Translations under genes and position numbers: made by a program | In this document: piece after piece, positions 37,309 through 47,077 of the stretch | Layout of the letters: every line of letters starts with the position of its first letter | Numbering within the stretch: the first letter of the stretch is position 1 | Notes under the pieces: generated by a model | The model's database searches: none | The model's input: only the letters and a program-made list of their open reading frames with translations | Told to the model about the DNA's origin: nothing | Virus record (IMG/VR): IMGVR_UViG_3300005573_000120 | Span: 1-52,569 of that record | Source: a virus | Taxonomy: Duplodnaviria; Caudoviricetes | Reading direction: 5' to 3' (one strand) | Length of the DNA: 52,569 nt

Positions 37309-38061
37309 ATGTTAGATCAGGTAGCAAAATTTTTAGAAGAAATAAGAAAGTGGATTATTTTGTTTTTGGTTTTATTTTTAGTTGGTGGGATTTGTTTTAT
37401 ATCTTTTAAGAGTTGTGAAAAAAATGAGGAGATTATTGAAAAGGATAAGAAGATAAAGGAGTTGATAAAGCAATTAGAGGAGAAGCCAAAGGTTGAGGTT
37501 AAATATGTTGAAAAGGTCAAATGGAGGGAAAGGGTGGTATATAAAGAGAAGCCTGCTTCTGATGCTACTAAGGATTTATTTTCCGTTTTTTGTTCTAATT
37601 GTGTTAAAGAGGGTGTAGTTCCTTTAATAGTGATAGAATCCAAGGGTATTAGATGTCAGGCTAATATTTGTAATCCTGATGATGAAAATAAGAAGGTTGA
37701 GATTACACAGCAGGGGGAAGAGATTATAGGGGATACAATTGATAATTCTAAAAAAGGTGGTATTATTAGTCATAAGATTTTAGCTGGTTATGAGTTTTTG
37801 GATAGTGAATTTTCTATAGGTTATTCTTTTATTGATTATAAAGGTTTATTTCCTTTGGTTAATGTTAATACTGATTTTAAGAATTTTGATAGGACTGAGG
37901 CGGGTCTTGCTGGTTGTTATCAGCCTCGTTTTGGTAAGGATTTTAGGTGGAAGGTTAATTTTGCAGGTTGTTTAGGTGTTCAGGCTAATATATTAGATTT
38001 TCAGCAAGCTGGTTTAGAGGGGATGATAATGATGAACATTTTGGAGAGAGAAAAGAGATGA
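37309..38061 (+). CDS. Membrane-anchored protein, possible spanin/lysis accessory
   Basis: N-terminal TM/signal, coiled coil, beta-rich C-terminus. Confidence 0.45.
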   Translation: MLDQVAKFLEEIRKWIILFLVLFLVGGICFISFKSCEKNEEIIEKDKKIKELIKQLEEKPKVEVKYVEKVKWRERVVYKEKPASDATKDLFSVFCSNCVKEGVVPLIVIESKGIRCQANICNPDDENKKVEITQQGEEIIGDTIDNSKKGGIISHKILAGYEFLDSEFSIGYSFIDYKGLFPLVNVNTDFKNFDRTEAGLAGCYQPRFGKDFRWKVNFAGCLGVQANILDFQQAGLEGMIMMNILEREKR

Positions 38062-38939
38062 CTTGGTGGGGTAATCAGAGTCCTGAGGTTTATGCAAGAG
38101 GATGGGATGTATTTGGTAGGATTAAGCGCAATATAAATGTTGCTTTGGATGTAGATGGTTTGCCTGCTTATTTATGGTTGCCTCTTTTGGATGGTGTTAA
38201 GTGTTCTTGTGTTCGTGAGAATGTGGGTGAGAAGTTGTGTAATTCTTGTTATGGGACTGGTTTTATTGGTGGTTATCATCGTTATGGATTTGATTATATT
38301 GAGGTATATTCTATTGATACTGGTTTGACTTATAATAGTAGTGAGGTTGAGTTAAATAATAGTTTTAGACCTTTTAGGTTGCAGTTAAAACCCGATGTTA
38401 ATAGTGCGGAGGTTTTATCTGGTGTTTATGATTGGGTTAGTTCTGGTGTGGTTGAGTATAGATTGGATGCTTTAAAGAGGGGTGATAATAATTCTGTTAG
38501 TGTTAGTTATTCATTGAATAGCGGGGATTGGAAGGATATATCTTTATTAGGTAGTGAGGTTGGTAGTGGTAGTATAAGGTTTAAGATTGTTTTACAGAGG
38601 GAGGCTGGTGCCAGGAGTCCTTTGTTTGAGATATTAAGGGTGAGAAGGCAGGCTATTGATGAGCCTTATATTTTGATAGCTCGTTCTCGTAATCCTTCGG
38701 ATAATGAGTTAGATAAATTTGGTTTGAGGGAGAAGGAGTCGGGGATTCGGTTTTGGACTATATTTAATTTTGAGATTTCTCCTTTGAGTTTTGTAGAGAT
38801 AGCTGGTGATCAAACTGTTGGTAGAAGGTATAGGTTATATAATTTAAATAAGTCTTGGTATAAGGAGATAGGTTTTAGATGGTCTTTTGATGTTAGGTTG
38901 AGTAGTGATGATATGGAGGTTTATGGAAGAGTTTTTTGA
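38058..38939 (+). CDS. Putative head closure/neck protein
   Basis: CSC...CNSCYGTGFIGGY zinc motif seen in large myovirus neck proteins; synteny. Confidence 0.55.
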   Translation: MTWWGNQSPEVYARGWDVFGRIKRNINVALDVDGLPAYLWLPLLDGVKCSCVRENVGEKLCNSCYGTGFIGGYHRYGFDYIEVYSIDTGLTYNSSEVELNNSFRPFRLQLKPDVNSAEVLSGVYDWVSSGVVEYRLDALKRGDNNSVSVSYSLNSGDWKDISLLGSEVGSGSIRFKIVLQREAGARSPLFEILRVRRQAIDEPYILIARSRNPSDNELDKFGLREKESGIRFWTIFNFEISPLSFVEIAGDQTVGRRYRLYNLNKSWYKEIGFRWSFDVRLSSDDMEVYGRVF

Positions 38940-38951
38940 AGAGGGTATTAT

Positions 38952-39884
38952 ATGGTGTTGCAGGAATTAGATAGATTTGGTCGTTTGAATGATCTGGTGA
39001 AGAACATCTTTGTTCATAAGTTAAAGGAGTATTTTTCTTGGGATTGGATTCAGAGGGGTTATAGGGAGATTCCTTTTATTGAAAAGTATGAGATTTCTAC
39101 ATCATCTGAGGAGAGGCTTATAACTTCTGTTAATATAGTTATGTATTTCACTGATAGGATTTTTGAGATGTTGCCTTTGATAGCTATTACTACTACTGGT
39201 GGTCGTGGCAAGGCTTGGAGTGTTGGTTTTCCTTATCATTATGTTAGGTTTAAGATGGTTGATATAGTTTCTAGTTTATCTGCTCCTTATTCTTTGAGTA
39301 AGGGTGATTATTTTGATATAAAGATAGGTGATACTTTGGTTAGGGCATGGTTTTTAGATGATTTTTTAAATGTTAGTGCTGATGATATAGCTAATTATTT
39401 AATAGAAGGTTATGGTATAAGGGCTTATAGTAATTCTGATAATAAGTTGGTATTGAGTGATTTTTTTGATAGATGTATGATTATTGTTGGTGGGAATGCT
39501 TTAGAGAAGTTGGGATTTCAAGCTGGTCAATGTAATTATGTTGATAATGTTTTGGTTGCAGGGATGACTATCTCTGAGGAGATGGATGTTTTGATTGATG
39601 TTGTTTGTTCGGATAGGAATCAAAGGAATGAGTTGATGGATATTTTATCTACTTTATTTGGGTTTTATGTTTTTGATGAGAATATAGGTCAGTGGATTAC
39701 GGATAGTGCTCAGATATTATTTCGTGATAGGTATAGTAGAAGGGGTGAGTCTGAGATGGCTTTAGGGGGTGAGAATATAGATAAGTTATATTTTGATTCG
39801 GTTTCTGTTCCTGTGGTAGCTTTTAGCTTTTTAGATAGGAATGTAGAGCAGAATAAGGAAATATCTTATTTAGGAGGTTTTTAA
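38952..39884 (+). CDS. Putative tail completion/terminator protein
   Basis: Directly before sheath; LPLIAITT motif. Confidence 0.5.
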   Translation: MVLQELDRFGRLNDLVKNIFVHKLKEYFSWDWIQRGYREIPFIEKYEISTSSEERLITSVNIVMYFTDRIFEMLPLIAITTTGGRGKAWSVGFPYHYVRFKMVDIVSSLSAPYSLSKGDYFDIKIGDTLVRAWFLDDFLNVSADDIANYLIEGYGIRAYSNSDNKLVLSDFFDRCMIIVGGNALEKLGFQAGQCNYVDNVLVAGMTISEEMDVLIDVVCSDRNQRNELMDILSTLFGFYVFDENIGQWITDSAQILFRDRYSRRGESEMALGGENIDKLYFDSVSVPVVAFSFLDRNVEQNKEISYLGGF

Positions 39885-39900
39885 GATATTTTGTTTATTA

Positions 39901-39911
39901 TGTGTTATAAT
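39901..39911 (+). promoter_or_regulatory. Extended -10 promoter (TGTGtTATAAT) for tail operon
   Basis: Perfect consensus about 40 bp upstream of sheath ATG. Confidence 0.55.
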
Positions 39912-39950
39912 CTATGATAGTATAAATACTTTGAAAGGGAGGTATAAGAT

Positions 39951-41966
39951 ATGGCATATATTGAACCTGGAACTTATATACAGGAAATCCCTGTACCTAA
40001 AACTGCTATTGGGGCTGCTTTAGGCTTCAATGTTTGTATAGTTGGAGAGGGTATAAAGAATAAGACTATTTATGATGAGGTGGTTATAAGGGGTAAGATT
40101 TATGGGGAGGAGCTGACGGTTTCTGCGGTAAGTCCTCATACAGCTGATTTAGCTAATACTTCAGATATGAAGAAGGATAATACTACTTTGTATAAGGATG
40201 GTGCTATTTTAGGTCCTGATGCTTATGATTTTGAAGATGAGGATACAATTGTTATTTTGGATGCTTATTATTCAAGTGATTCAACCTATAAGATTGATTA
40301 TGTAGCGGTAGATTCTTTTACTGATGCTTTGGATTATACCCCGTTGAGTATTGTAAAGATTGGTAGATATATTGGTTCTGGCAATTATAGGGAGAATATA
40401 GATTTTAAGTTGAATACTGGTGTGATAGATTGGAGTATAATTTCTGGGGCTACTTTTACTGGTTTGAATTCAGCTCCTTTTGATTTATCAACTAATGATA
40501 CGATTAAAATTTCGTTGGATGGTAAATCAGCTATAGAGATAACTATTACTGGGGCAAATCAGAGTCAGGTTACGGCGAGTGAGGTAGCAGAGGATATAAA
40601 TGCTGCTTTGGTTAGTAGTTCTTCTTATGGAGAGGCTTATTCTAATGTAGCTTCTGCGGTTAGTAATAAAGTTAAACTTACTTGTCCTAATTTGGATCCG
40701 TATGCTGGGGTTAATTCTTTTATAAGGCTTTATAAAGCCTCAACGAAGGATGCTTTGGAGATAATTTTTGGTTTGGATGCTGATGATGCTCCTTATGAGT
40801 ATCGTGGAGTTGGTAAGAGACCTTTGCCTGGTCAGACTTATTATGTTAGTTATACTATTACTCGTCCAAGTGATGAGTATAATGTTGTAAAGCAATTTAT
40901 TAGTGATACAGATTTTTATAGGGATATAGGTTATCCAGCGAGTGATAATAAGTTAGCTATAGCTGGTTCAATAGCTTGGAGTAGGGGTATAAATAAGTTA
41001 TTTGTGGTTCAGGTTAAGGATAATGATAATGATGGATATTATTCTGATGAGGATTATCAGTTGGCTTTGGATGCGATTGTAGACCAGAGGGAGATAACAG
41101 AGATTGTTTGTTTGCGTAGTTCTAGTTTAGTTAGGGCTAAGATTTTTGATTTATTACAGCAGGAATGTAGTCTTTTGAAGTCTAATCCGAAGAGGTATTG
41201 GTGTGGTGTTCCTCGTGGGACTGTTATAGGGGATTTAGATACTGGGGATTCTTTGATTTATATAGCGAGGAGGGAATTTAGGGTTAATCCTGATTCTGTA
41301 GCTCGTGGGAGGATTATTTTAGTTGCTCCTCCTGATTGTTCTACATCTATTATACAATCTGATGGTTCAATGGTAGAGGTTTCGTTGGATTCTAATTATT
41401 GTGCGGTTTTGTTAGCTTCTGAGGTTTGTGTTTTTGAAAGGGCAAGTGAGACTTTGTTTGGTAGGAAGTTTAGTGGTATTTCTCTTGATTTTGAATATAC
41501 TCATAGTGAGAAAAAGTATTTAGCTGAAAATGGTGTTTTGGTTTTACAGAGTGATGGTAGTTTGATTTCGGTTTATGATTCTTTGACTACTGATGCTTCT
41601 GGTGATGAGAGGTATGAAGAGGTTAGTTCTTCTGTTCAGAAGGATAGTGTTTTATTTAAGGTGATTTATGTGATAGATACTCAATTGAAGGGTATTGTTC
41701 CAGATAGTATTATAGATTTTATAGGGTTGTTAAAGACTACGGTTGGTGGGGTTTTGTTAGCGGAGATAGAGGATGGTAATATAGGGTATTATACTAATGA
41801 TGATGGTTCAGTTAGGGATATAGATTATTCAAAGGATATTTTAGTATTTTCACAGTATGGTGGAGATAAGAGAAATTATAAGTTTAAGTATTGGTTTAAT
41901 TTGAAATATCCAGCTAAGAGGTTTTTTGGGGAGTATCAGGTAGATATTCCTTTGGGGGTTAAATGA
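39951..41966 (+). CDS. Contractile tail sheath protein
   Basis: MAYIEPGTYIQE N-terminus, YLAENGVLVL, SLTTD, LKYPAKR C-terminus. Confidence 0.88.
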   Translation: MAYIEPGTYIQEIPVPKTAIGAALGFNVCIVGEGIKNKTIYDEVVIRGKIYGEELTVSAVSPHTADLANTSDMKKDNTTLYKDGAILGPDAYDFEDEDTIVILDAYYSSDSTYKIDYVAVDSFTDALDYTPLSIVKIGRYIGSGNYRENIDFKLNTGVIDWSIISGATFTGLNSAPFDLSTNDTIKISLDGKSAIEITITGANQSQVTASEVAEDINAALVSSSSYGEAYSNVASAVSNKVKLTCPNLDPYAGVNSFIRLYKASTKDALEIIFGLDADDAPYEYRGVGKRPLPGQTYYVSYTITRPSDEYNVVKQFISDTDFYRDIGYPASDNKLAIAGSIAWSRGINKLFVVQVKDNDNDGYYSDEDYQLALDAIVDQREITEIVCLRSSSLVRAKIFDLLQQECSLLKSNPKRYWCGVPRGTVIGDLDTGDSLIYIARREFRVNPDSVARGRIILVAPPDCSTSIIQSDGSMVEVSLDSNYCAVLLASEVCVFERASETLFGRKFSGISLDFEYTHSEKKYLAENGVLVLQSDGSLISVYDSLTTDASGDERYEEVSSSVQKDSVLFKVIYVIDTQLKGIVPDSIIDFIGLLKTTVGGVLLAEIEDGNIGYYTNDDGSVRDIDYSKDILVFSQYGGDKRNYKFKYWFNLKYPAKRFFGEYQVDIPLGVK

Positions 41967-42006
41967 ATTTGTATTCTGCTGATTTAGATAAAGTTAGAAG
42001 AGGAAA

Positions 42007-42022
42007 TGTTTCACGAGAAACA
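42007..42022. promoter_or_regulatory. parS: parS-like palindrome TGTTTCACGAGAAACA
   Basis: 15/16 match to the chromosomal parS consensus TGTTTCACGTGAAACA, between sheath and ORF 42046. Confidence 0.65.
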
Positions 42023-42045
42023 AAAAAATAAGAGGTATTTTAAAT

Positions 42046-42354
42046 ATGAAAAGAATAAGTATTTATGATAGAACTTGTGATAGGGATGATTTAAGAAAGA
42101 ATTATAGGAGAAGGTTTTCTGAATTAGTTGAGATTCTTGGAAATTTACTTACTGCTACAGAAGGTGTGCGTAGATTTAAAAATGAAGTAGATTTAGTAGA
42201 GGCGTGTAAGGTTTTAAAGACTCCTCATCCTTGTGAGGATTATGAAGGTTATTTATATAGGATATTAAATAGTAATATATTAGATATTAAGGGAGATATT
42301 CTTGTATTTAGTAATATGATTTATAGAGATTTGGAGAAAAGTAAAAGAGGTTGA
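42046..42354 (+). CDS. Small helical hypothetical protein (paralogue of 42376)
   Basis: HPCEDYEGYL vs HSYEDYRDHL etc. Confidence 0.65.
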   Translation: MKRISIYDRTCDRDDLRKNYRRRFSELVEILGNLLTATEGVRRFKNEVDLVEACKVLKTPHPCEDYEGYLYRILNSNILDIKGDILVFSNMIYRDLEKSKRG

Positions 42355-42375
42355 AAAAAGGGAGGTGTTTTTAAA

Positions 42376-42696
42376 ATGAAAAGGATAAGGAGAGCTAATA
42401 ATAGAATTTATGATGAAGATGAGAAGTTAGAGGAGTTAGAGGGGTTAAAAGATGATTATAAAAGTGAGCTTCTTCATTTATCTGAAGATCTTGAAGAGTT
42501 AGATAAGGCTATGGATGGGGTGCTCAGTTTTTACAGAGGAGCTAACTTAAAAGAGATGTATGAACTTTTAGAGCTTTCTCATTCTTATGAGGATTATAGG
42601 GATCATTTAGAAAAGATATTAGAGGTTAAGGATGATGTCTGGTCTTTATATTCTATGATTAAAGAAGATGTTAAGAAACTTTATGGTTGGGATTGA
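42376..42696 (+). CDS. Small acidic helical hypothetical protein
   Basis: SD ggaggtg; aligns with 42046. Confidence 0.7.
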   Translation: MKRIRRANNRIYDEDEKLEELEGLKDDYKSELLHLSEDLEELDKAMDGVLSFYRGANLKEMYELLELSHSYEDYRDHLEKILEVKDDVWSLYSMIKEDVKKLYGWD

Positions 42697-42730
42697 TAAT
42701 AAATTAAAAAATAAAGAGGAGGTGTAAAAT

Positions 42731-43207
42731 ATGCCAAATGCTTACCCAGTAAAAAATCCCCCACATACTTTGGTTAAGAGTTCCCATGGGTTGCAGATAA
42801 AGGTTAATGGGAGAGTTATAGGTTCAATTTCTAGATGGACTCCTGCTCCGATAGATAGAAGGTTTACTCAGGTGTATGAATTGAATGTTTTATCAAGTGG
42901 TCATCCGATAGATAATGTGCCTCAGAATTTAGGGGGTTATACAATAACGGTAGCGAGGGCTGATATTTGGAAGGAGCCTTTTGAGAAGGCTTTTGGTGGG
43001 AATATAGATTTATATGAGGCTATAGGTCGTCAGGATAGACCTTTTGAGGTTTATCAGTATTTTTATCATCCAGATGGATATGTAGAATTGATAGTTTGGA
43101 GGGGGTGCTGGTTTTCAAGAGTAGGTAGAGATTATTCGTCTACTGGGGATAGGATTGTTTTAGTTAATGCTGAGTTAACATTCTTGAGGAGGGATAGAAT
43201 TATGTAG
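42731..43207 (+). CDS. Tail tube protein
   Basis: 158 aa after sheath; IKVNGRVIG, YELN, WRGCWF pattern. Confidence 0.8.
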   Translation: MPNAYPVKNPPHTLVKSSHGLQIKVNGRVIGSISRWTPAPIDRRFTQVYELNVLSSGHPIDNVPQNLGGYTITVARADIWKEPFEKAFGGNIDLYEAIGRQDRPFEVYQYFYHPDGYVELIVWRGCWFSRVGRDYSSTGDRIVLVNAELTFLRRDRIM

Positions 43208-43270
43208 GCTTATATTTTTCCTTTAATCAAATAAAAATCAAATAAAAAAATAAAAGGAGGTAAGGTTAAG

Positions 43271-43747
43271 ATGGACAGAGATTTTATTATAGGCTTAAAG
43301 AAGAGTTTTGAGAGTGGTTTTGTTGAGACAGTTGTAGAGAAGTATGGTCATAAATGGAAGTTGAGGACTTTGACTGATCGTGAGGCTTATATTAGGGATA
43401 AGTTTGTTCCTTTGACTACTGATTCTACTCTTTTATCTGGTAGAAAGACTGCTACTTTGGCTTTGGCTATTAAGGAGATAGATAATAGGTTGGTTTCTGA
43501 TGTTTTTGGTAGTGGTGATGGTGAGAAGTCTCCTGATTTAAATGAGGTAGAGAATGGCATATATCAGATTGCTAAGAAGTTGAAGGAGTTTTTGGATGAT
43601 TTGCCTTCTTATGTTATTGATGATTTATATGCTGAGTTTAATTTGTTAGAGATGAGGGCTAGGCAGTCTTCTATTTCGGTAATTTCTGATAGTGGAGGTG
43701 AAAATGCTGAATTAGACAAATTTCGTAGTGGAGTTGAGCAAGGTTGA
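43271..43747 (+). CDS. Tail assembly chaperone (first ORF)
   Basis: LRTLT...LALAIKEID...VIDDLYAEF; between tube and tape measure. Confidence 0.7.
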   Translation: MDRDFIIGLKKSFESGFVETVVEKYGHKWKLRTLTDREAYIRDKFVPLTTDSTLLSGRKTATLALAIKEIDNRLVSDVFGSGDGEKSPDLNEVENGIYQIAKKLKEFLDDLPSYVIDDLYAEFNLLEMRARQSSISVISDSGGENAELDKFRSGVEQG

Positions 43748-44177
43748 TAGTTTATTTTTGGCAAAGTTATATGTTATGGCAAAGATGGGTTTATTACCTA
43801 CTGATGAAAGGGTTAAAATGATGAGCCCTATTCAATGGTTATTGTTATTTAAGATGTTGGTTTGGATAGATAAAGTGGATAGGGATAAGGATTTTAGTTT
43901 TTGGAAGCTTATTTTAGGGATAGGTAATAAGAAGAGTTTGATACCTTTGAGTTTGATTATTCGTCCAGAGAGCCACGAAGAGATTTTGAAATTATTGACA
44001 GAAGATTTGTCTCAAGAGGAAGGAGAAATTTCAGATAAAGAATCAAAAGAATTGGAGGGTATATTTATGACGGATATAGATTATTTGGTTGGTGGGAAAA
44101 GTAATGCTGCTGATATAGATGAAAAGGCTATTAGAGAATTAGAGGAAAAATTAGGTGTATTAAGAGAGGAAAAGTGA
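43728..44177 (+). CDS. Tail assembly chaperone second ORF, possibly reached by +1 frameshift
   Basis: Overlaps first chaperone in the +1 frame; no SD at initiation spacing before the GTG. Confidence 0.6.
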   Translation: MELSKVDSLFLAKLYVMAKMGLLPTDERVKMMSPIQWLLLFKMLVWIDKVDRDKDFSFWKLILGIGNKKSLIPLSLIIRPESHEEILKLLTEDLSQEEGEISDKESKELEGIFMTDIDYLVGGKSNAADIDEKAIRELEEKLGVLREEK

Positions 44178-44178
44178 A

Positions 44179-46395
44179 ATGGCTTTGGATCCTACAATTG
44201 CTGAACAATTGAAAACTTTGATTGCTGGTGGTGTTGGAGGGGAAGATATAGGTTTAGCGGCTTTAAAACAAGCTGCTCAGATGGCTGGTGGCGAATTTAA
44301 GGAATTGATGTCTTTGTTTAAAGAGCTTGGGGCGCCCGCAGAGGTAGCTAGATCAACTTTTAGAGATATGGGTTTTAGCATTAAAGGGACTAGTCGTGAG
44401 ATTGAAGAATTTAAAAAAGCAATTTTAGATTTATCTGAAGGAATTACGAAGATGAAGGTAAGGGTAGTAGAGGGGACAGATAGTTATGAGAAGTTGAAAA
44501 AGGTAGCACAAGAGACTGGATTGGTATTAGATGTTATGAGTAAAGAGACTTTAGAAAAAATGAAGGAACAATATAAATCTTTAACTAATACTATAAAGGA
44601 ATTGGGTGACCAAGCTACTCCTGACTTAATAAGGTCTCAGCAAATGCTTAAGAGAGAATTAGAAGCAGTAGGTCAAGAGGTGGAGCAGACAACAACTCGG
44701 GCAATTTCTAAAATACCTAGAGAGATTAAATCTACTATTGCTACGGAGATAGGTGGGGATGTTCCTGGGGGGTTTGAAACTTGGGCTAAGTTTGGTATAT
44801 GGGGTTTAATTTTATATGGGACTATTGGTTTTGCTCAGAGGTTTAGACCTGAGGCGGCGTCAGTGTTGGCGGAGCAGACGAGGGTAGCAGGGACGGGGTT
44901 TGCTGCACTTAATGCACAAATTAATGAGGTTAAAAATACTTTGCAGTCTATGCATGTAGCTTGGTTGAATATACTTGATGAGAAGCAATTAGCATCAGCG
45001 CTTCAAGCAGCGGTAAATTTAACAGGGCAAGTTGGTGCGGCTGCTAGGGAGTTAGCTGATGCATCTCTTGAGGCGGATGCATTTTTTGGGTTGAGGTGGG
45101 GTCAGACTTTAGATAGGTTAGTTAATTTGAATATCAAGTTTGGTATGTCTCATAAGGAACTTTTAGAGGATATGAGAAGGATAGTGAGTGTATTTAGTGA
45201 GGCTCATCAGAATGTTAGGATATATTCTAATACGATATTTGAGATGCAGAATAGGTTAGGTCCTTTGGCTTATGATTTGACTCGTATAGGAACTCAGTTA
45301 TCTGTTTTTAGTAATTTATCTCGTGAAGCTGGGGGTGGTTTAGAACAGGGTAGGGCTGCTTTGGAGAATATGTATACCTTTGTTCAAAGGGTGGGTCCTG
45401 CTTGGCAGATTGCTTTAGCTGGTGGTGCTGGTGTTGGTGGGACTGGTTTAGAACAATGGTGGCAGATGCAGAGGTGGTTAGCTGGATTTGGGGGTGCTGA
45501 ATTTCAAAGGGCTGTTCCTCAAATGTTTGCGAATTTATTACAAAGGTTTGGGTTTGTAGAGAATACCCTTCAAGCTACTTTTGGTTTATCTCAGATGGGT
45601 ATAAGCCCTCAGTTGTTGGTAATAGCTCAAGAAGCTTTAAAGGATATACGAAAAAGGGGAGTTCCAGAGGAGAGAATTTATGAAGAGTTGACCAAGGAGT
45701 TGTCTGCGAGTAAAGAATTTCAAAAGGCTTCAAAAGAGCAGTTGGTAGATTTAGGAGCTTTAATAAAAGATACTCTTCAACAACAGGTTCCTTTAATTCA
45801 GCAGGCCTTAAATGCAGTAATAGAACTGTTACAAGGTTTATTTAATCTTATTGCTGCTCTTGTTAATGCTATGGTTGGCTTTTTCTTTGCTATGGATCCT
45901 CGCAGTAAAGTGACTTTTAGTGAGGTAGGTAATTGGCTTAAAAATCAAATGAGTGAAATTTGGACATCTCAAATTAAGCCAGCAGGGAAAGAGCTTGGAG
46001 AAACTGGTTTAGCTCTTTTTAGTAGTATTTTTTCATCTCCTTGGATGGATATAGAGGGTGGAGGTGGTGGAGGTGGAGGGGAGAGGGGAAGGATAATACT
46101 TTCTTCTGAGCAAGTTAGAGGAATACTTGGCTTAAAAAAGGTTGAAGATGCTGAGAGAATACTTATTGATCAAGAAGGGAAGGTTTTTTATACTGGTGGT
46201 TATTCAGAGTCTATTGAGTCAGTAATAGAGAGGAAATTATATGAAAAACAACCTTTACTGAAAAATTTTAAAGCTAATATTAAGTATGAATCAGGTAAAG
46301 TTATAATAGAAGTTGATGAGAAAGCTGTTGATTATGTAGCAGGGAGGATAAGTCAGTCATTATTACATGAGAATGCTTCTCCTACTTCTCAATAA
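44179..46395 (+). CDS. Tape measure protein
   Basis: Long Ala/Gly/Gln-rich helical protein with hydrophobic segments after the chaperones. Confidence 0.8.
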   Translation: MALDPTIAEQLKTLIAGGVGGEDIGLAALKQAAQMAGGEFKELMSLFKELGAPAEVARSTFRDMGFSIKGTSREIEEFKKAILDLSEGITKMKVRVVEGTDSYEKLKKVAQETGLVLDVMSKETLEKMKEQYKSLTNTIKELGDQATPDLIRSQQMLKRELEAVGQEVEQTTTRAISKIPREIKSTIATEIGGDVPGGFETWAKFGIWGLILYGTIGFAQRFRPEAASVLAEQTRVAGTGFAALNAQINEVKNTLQSMHVAWLNILDEKQLASALQAAVNLTGQVGAAARELADASLEADAFFGLRWGQTLDRLVNLNIKFGMSHKELLEDMRRIVSVFSEAHQNVRIYSNTIFEMQNRLGPLAYDLTRIGTQLSVFSNLSREAGGGLEQGRAALENMYTFVQRVGPAWQIALAGGAGVGGTGLEQWWQMQRWLAGFGGAEFQRAVPQMFANLLQRFGFVENTLQATFGLSQMGISPQLLVIAQEALKDIRKRGVPEERIYEELTKELSASKEFQKASKEQLVDLGALIKDTLQQQVPLIQQALNAVIELLQGLFNLIAALVNAMVGFFFAMDPRSKVTFSEVGNWLKNQMSEIWTSQIKPAGKELGETGLALFSSIFSSPWMDIEGGGGGGGGERGRIILSSEQVRGILGLKKVEDAERILIDQEGKVFYTGGYSESIESVIERKLYEKQPLLKNFKANIKYESGKVIIEVDEKAVDYVAGRISQSLLHENASPTSQ

Positions 46396-46407
46396 TAGAG
46401 GGAGATT

Positions 46408-47076
46408 TTGATGGATATAGATAGGTTAATAAGGTCGTTATTAGCGAGAGAGGTTACCCTATTTGGGGTGAGTAGGGTTCCTTTTTATTTTGGTTCTACG
46501 AAGAGTTCTTATATAGATATAGAGAAAGTTATTAAGGGTGGGAGTATGCCATTTTCAAATTTAGGTTCAATGATTAGTTTGAAGGTTAATCCTGATAGTT
46601 TGACTTTGACCCCAGAGATAAGGGTATCTTATGTAAAGACTGCTGGTGGTCGTGCTTATTATCATTGGTTAAATGAGGATAGGGATTCTATTGAGGCTTT
46701 TAGTTTGCGGATGCGTGGTTCTACTGGTAGTTTGTTGCCTGGTTCTAGGGATGCTCGTGTTAAGTTGTATAATTTTTTGAAGTTGAGGGAGTTAACTTTA
46801 GAGCCTTATTGGGTATATGATAAGGATGGTGTTAAGACAAGGAATCATCAGTTTATTTTAGCTTATACGATTGGTTTAGGGATTGCTGTGTTATTTATTG
46901 GTTTTTATACTAAGCCTATAGTTTTGAGTGAGGATGCTTCTCGTCAGTATAATATAACTTGGGAGATAGATTTTATAGTTGAATATATGCTCCCGAGTTA
47001 TAAAAATTTATCTTCTATGGTTTCCAGTTCTGTTTTAGTTCCTGATATTTTAAGGAAGGTATTTGGGGAGCTGTGA
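46408..47076 (+). CDS. Putative baseplate hub/tube initiator
   Basis: LKVNPDSL...KTAGG...W pattern; follows tape measure. Confidence 0.55.
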   Translation: MMDIDRLIRSLLAREVTLFGVSRVPFYFGSTKSSYIDIEKVIKGGSMPFSNLGSMISLKVNPDSLTLTPEIRVSYVKTAGGRAYYHWLNEDRDSIEAFSLRMRGSTGSLLPGSRDARVKLYNFLKLRELTLEPYWVYDKDGVKTRNHQFILAYTIGLGIAVLFIGFYTKPIVLSEDASRQYNITWEIDFIVEYMLPSYKNLSSMVSSSVLVPDILRKVFGEL

Positions 47077-47077
47077 G

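Noticed and set aside
237-37643. All minus-strand ORFs in the track and the nested + ORF 10191..10415
   Set aside because: Short, low-complexity shadows of well-supported + strand genes; apparent similarities among them simply reflect the DNA repeats reported
43704-43715. TAG reassignment suggested by SD-ATG-CTG-AAT-TAG in frame with ORF 43728
   Set aside because: TAG acts as a normal stop for TerL, protease, 35913 and tube genes, and long ORFs are uninterrupted in the standard code
46055-46082. G-rich tract as a G-quadruplex or regulatory signal
   Set aside because: Explained as a poly-Gly linker in the tape measure protein
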